A DNA stretch of 64,000 nt, from positions 1 to 64,000 of the forward strand of contig MCFE01000146.1 in assembly GCA_002104905.1 (NCBI GenBank). The letters run 5' to 3'. The translations under genes were made by a program, and so were the position numbers. The stretch is from Basidiobolus meristosporus CBS 931.73. Its lineage: Eukaryota; Fungi; Basidiobolomycota. Numbering within the stretch: position 1 is the first letter of the stretch; every line of letters starts with the position of its first letter. The notes below the pieces were generated by a model. That model saw only the letters and a list, made by a program, of their open reading frames with translations. It was not told the origin of the DNA and searched no databases. This document shows, one piece after another, positions 61,556 to 64,000 of this stretch.

Positions 61556-64000
61556 CCGTTGCCATGAATAAAGAACAGCTTGAGTCCTTTGATTCTATCA
61601 AGAAATCCTTCTTGTATGCCCCACTGCTTGCCCACCCTGACGTTGCAAGACCTTTCATCATAGAAACCAATGCCTCTGATGTTACCCTTGGTACCACCCT
61701 TTCCTGCTATGATGACAAGAATGTGCTACACCCTATTGCATTCTATGCTCAAAAACTTACTCTAGCTAAAGTAAACTATGATATCTGTGACAAGGAGCTA
61801 TTTGCAATCATTGTTGCCTTTGAACAATGGAGACACTTTTTTGATGGTGCAGCCCTAAAGATAAAGATCTTTTGTGACCACAAAAGCCATGAATACTTTA
61901 CCACCTCAAAAGTACTGAACCAGAGACAGGTCTAATGGTCCCTCTTCCTGTCTAGCTTTGACTTTGTCATCACCTAAAGACCAGGTGTGAGACAAGGAAA
62001 ACCTGATGCCCTGTCCAGAAAGGTAGCTTATTCCCTTGAAGAAGGGGATGATGCCTGTTGGCAAATGAAAAACCCTGTACTTGACAAAAGACATTTTGAA
62101 CTCCTTGCAAACCAGTCCTCCAGTATTATAGCTTCTCTACTCCTTGAGAAAGTCAAGACTAGCTAAGCCACCAACTCCACAGCTGCAACAATCAAGAAGT
62201 ATCTCAAGTCTCCCACTGACACACCACCCAAGTTCCCTAACGTCCAACACCTATATCTAGTCAATGACATCATTTATCACCAGCACTAACAGTTTGTCCC
62301 AGACCTTGATACAATGTTGAATATCATCCATTCTAACCATGATTCAATGACTGCAGGACATTTTGGTACGGCCAGAACCGTGTATGCAATCAAGAGAGAC
62401 TTCTAGTGGCCCAAGATGAAATCCCTTGTTAAGGAGTAACTGCAATCCTGTGATACATGTAATTGTGCAAAATCTGCCTGACACAAGCCATCTGGACTTC
62501 TTCAACCCTTGCCAGTTCCTGACCAGCAATGGAAATCAATATCAATGGACTTCATAATCAACCTCCAGAATTCAACCAATTCAATTCAGTCCCCGTAGTG
62601 GCAGATAAACTCACATAGTTGGCTCACTTCATTCTCTGCTTCAAGAATATAGATGCCAAGGAGACTGCCCACCTAGTAATCAAGAACATGTTTAGCTCCA
62701 TAATATCCCAAGTGACATTGTATCTGATAGAGGACCCCAATTCATATCAAATTATTGGAATCACTTCATGCAATATCTTGGTGTGATAGTCAAGCTCTCA
62801 AGCGCTTTTCATCCTCAGTCACATGGTCAGACAGAAAGAATCAACCAGATTCTTGAACAATACCTCTGGTGCTATATCAACTATCAGCAAGACACCTGGA
62901 CTCAGCTGTTAACACTTGCAGAACTTCCCTACAACAACTCATGTCAGAGTGCAACTGGTCTCACCCCATTCTATGCAAATTATGGTATTCATCTGCAATT
63001 TGATATTCAGATCCCAACAAAACCTGCAAGCCCCTCAGCAGGTGAACATGTGTTAACAATTTTAGAAATTCAAGAAACACTAAAGTAAGAACTATCCTTA
63101 GCCCATGAAGGGCACAAGAAGTTTGCAGACAACAAATGGCAGCCTAGCCCTAAGCTTAATGAAGGAGATTCTGTATGGCTCTTAAGAAGTAACATTGTTA
63201 CCAGCCACCCTTGTAACAAATTAGACAACAAGAAGCTAGCGCCATTTAAGAGTAAGAAGAAGCTTAGTCCAGCTGTATACCACTACAGTCACCACCGAGT
63301 ATGAGAATCCATGACACATTCCATGTCTCCCTCCTAGAACCACTCCATGAAAGTACTCTACCCAGCTTGCACCTAGTTAATCCCCCAGCCATTCAAGTGT
63401 ACAGACACCAAGCATTTGAATTTCAGCAAGTGTTGGATTCAACATACATCAGATCCCAACTTCACTATCAGGTATACCAGGTTGGTTACAGTCCAAATGA
63501 TTAAACTTGGAAACCAGCAGCAAATATCACAAACTGACAAGATCTAGTTGCACAATTTCACTAGACATACCCCAACAAGCCAAAGCCATAAGCTTGAGGA
63601 GAGCCCCAAAAGAGGAGAATAGTGTCATGATCACATTACATCCCTGGTCTCCAATGTTCTACCTAAATCTGTTTTTGGTTCAAAATATCAGGTGCAATGT
63701 TTGATGGAAGTAATGGGCAGCTGATTACCAAATTTGGTATGGATGCTAGTTGGCCTAGTCTCCACCTGAGGAATCTGTTTACTTGCCTGCCCATAGGTAA
63801 CTGGCTTGTGGCCAAGAGAGACCCAGCGTACTATAGTAAAGTTGTCCAACTAAAACTAAGATGCATATTGCACCCAACCCAACTTTACAATACTCAACTG
63901 ATTATCCACTTCTTGAGGCTGCTTAGCTTCATAATGCCAAAGGCATATGTGTCTCCATGTACCATCTGTCCTCTATGTTTTCCAACCCTTCATGGCCGTC

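Larger units (their letters stand above)
50668..63669 (+). mobile_element. Ty3/gypsy chromovirus (Tf1/sushi-like) element D, decayed, interrupted by three insertions
   Basis: LTR starts TGTCATGATCAC at 50668 and 63623, with PPT AAAAGAGGAGAATAG before 63623. gag 58557-59171 (KVSYISNLLTGTTQKW), protease [23 protein letters not shown]...[14 protein letters not shown], RNaseH ETNASD...YDICDKELFAII, integrase SAFHPQSHGQTERINQILEQYL, chromodomain remnant FEFQQVLDS...YQVYQVGYSPND*TWKP. Confidence 0.9.

Noticed and set aside
38000-64000. Classical RIP as the cause of TE decay
   Set aside because: Diagnostic substitutions seen by eye are mostly at CpG (Arg->Cys/His/Gln, Pro->Leu), fitting 5mC deamination better. 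It is not formally excluded without computing dinucleotide indices.

Overview
Eukaryotic DNA, most likely from an early-diverging fungus (Zoopagomycota/Mucoromycota-like). This is inferred from the short 41-82 nt GT-AG introns and the gene set; the exact taxon cannot be determined here. The window has two compartments. (1) About 1-37.6 kb is gene-rich: a PCL-type cyclin, a PY-motif membrane protein, a 4-finger C2H2 protein, a 7TM-RGS protein, a CLIP-170/Bik1 orthologue, a GNAT acetyltransferase, RPS6, QCR7, a ROM1/2-type Rho GEF, an EF-hand/coiled-coil/tail-anchored KASH-like protein and an F-box/LRR protein. Among these sits the stand-out: a 7-exon gene of about 1129 aa encoding a bacterial restriction-modification-type (Eco57I/TaqI-like, NPPY) N6-adenine DNA methyltransferase with a target-recognition region and no visible nuclease or R-M partner. 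(2) About 38.2-64 kb is a strongly CpG-depleted stack of decayed transposons. It holds tandem Ty1/copia elements sharing an LTR and primed by half-tRNAiMet, a non-autonomous copia derivative with unrelated cargo, and three solo LTRs. It also holds a tRNA-His-primed Ty3/gypsy element with an extra ORF in the env position, nested in a chromovirus, and two TA-flanked non-autonomous DNA elements, one a 732-bp near-perfect foldback. Exon boundaries and TSDs were read by eye; no database searches were run.
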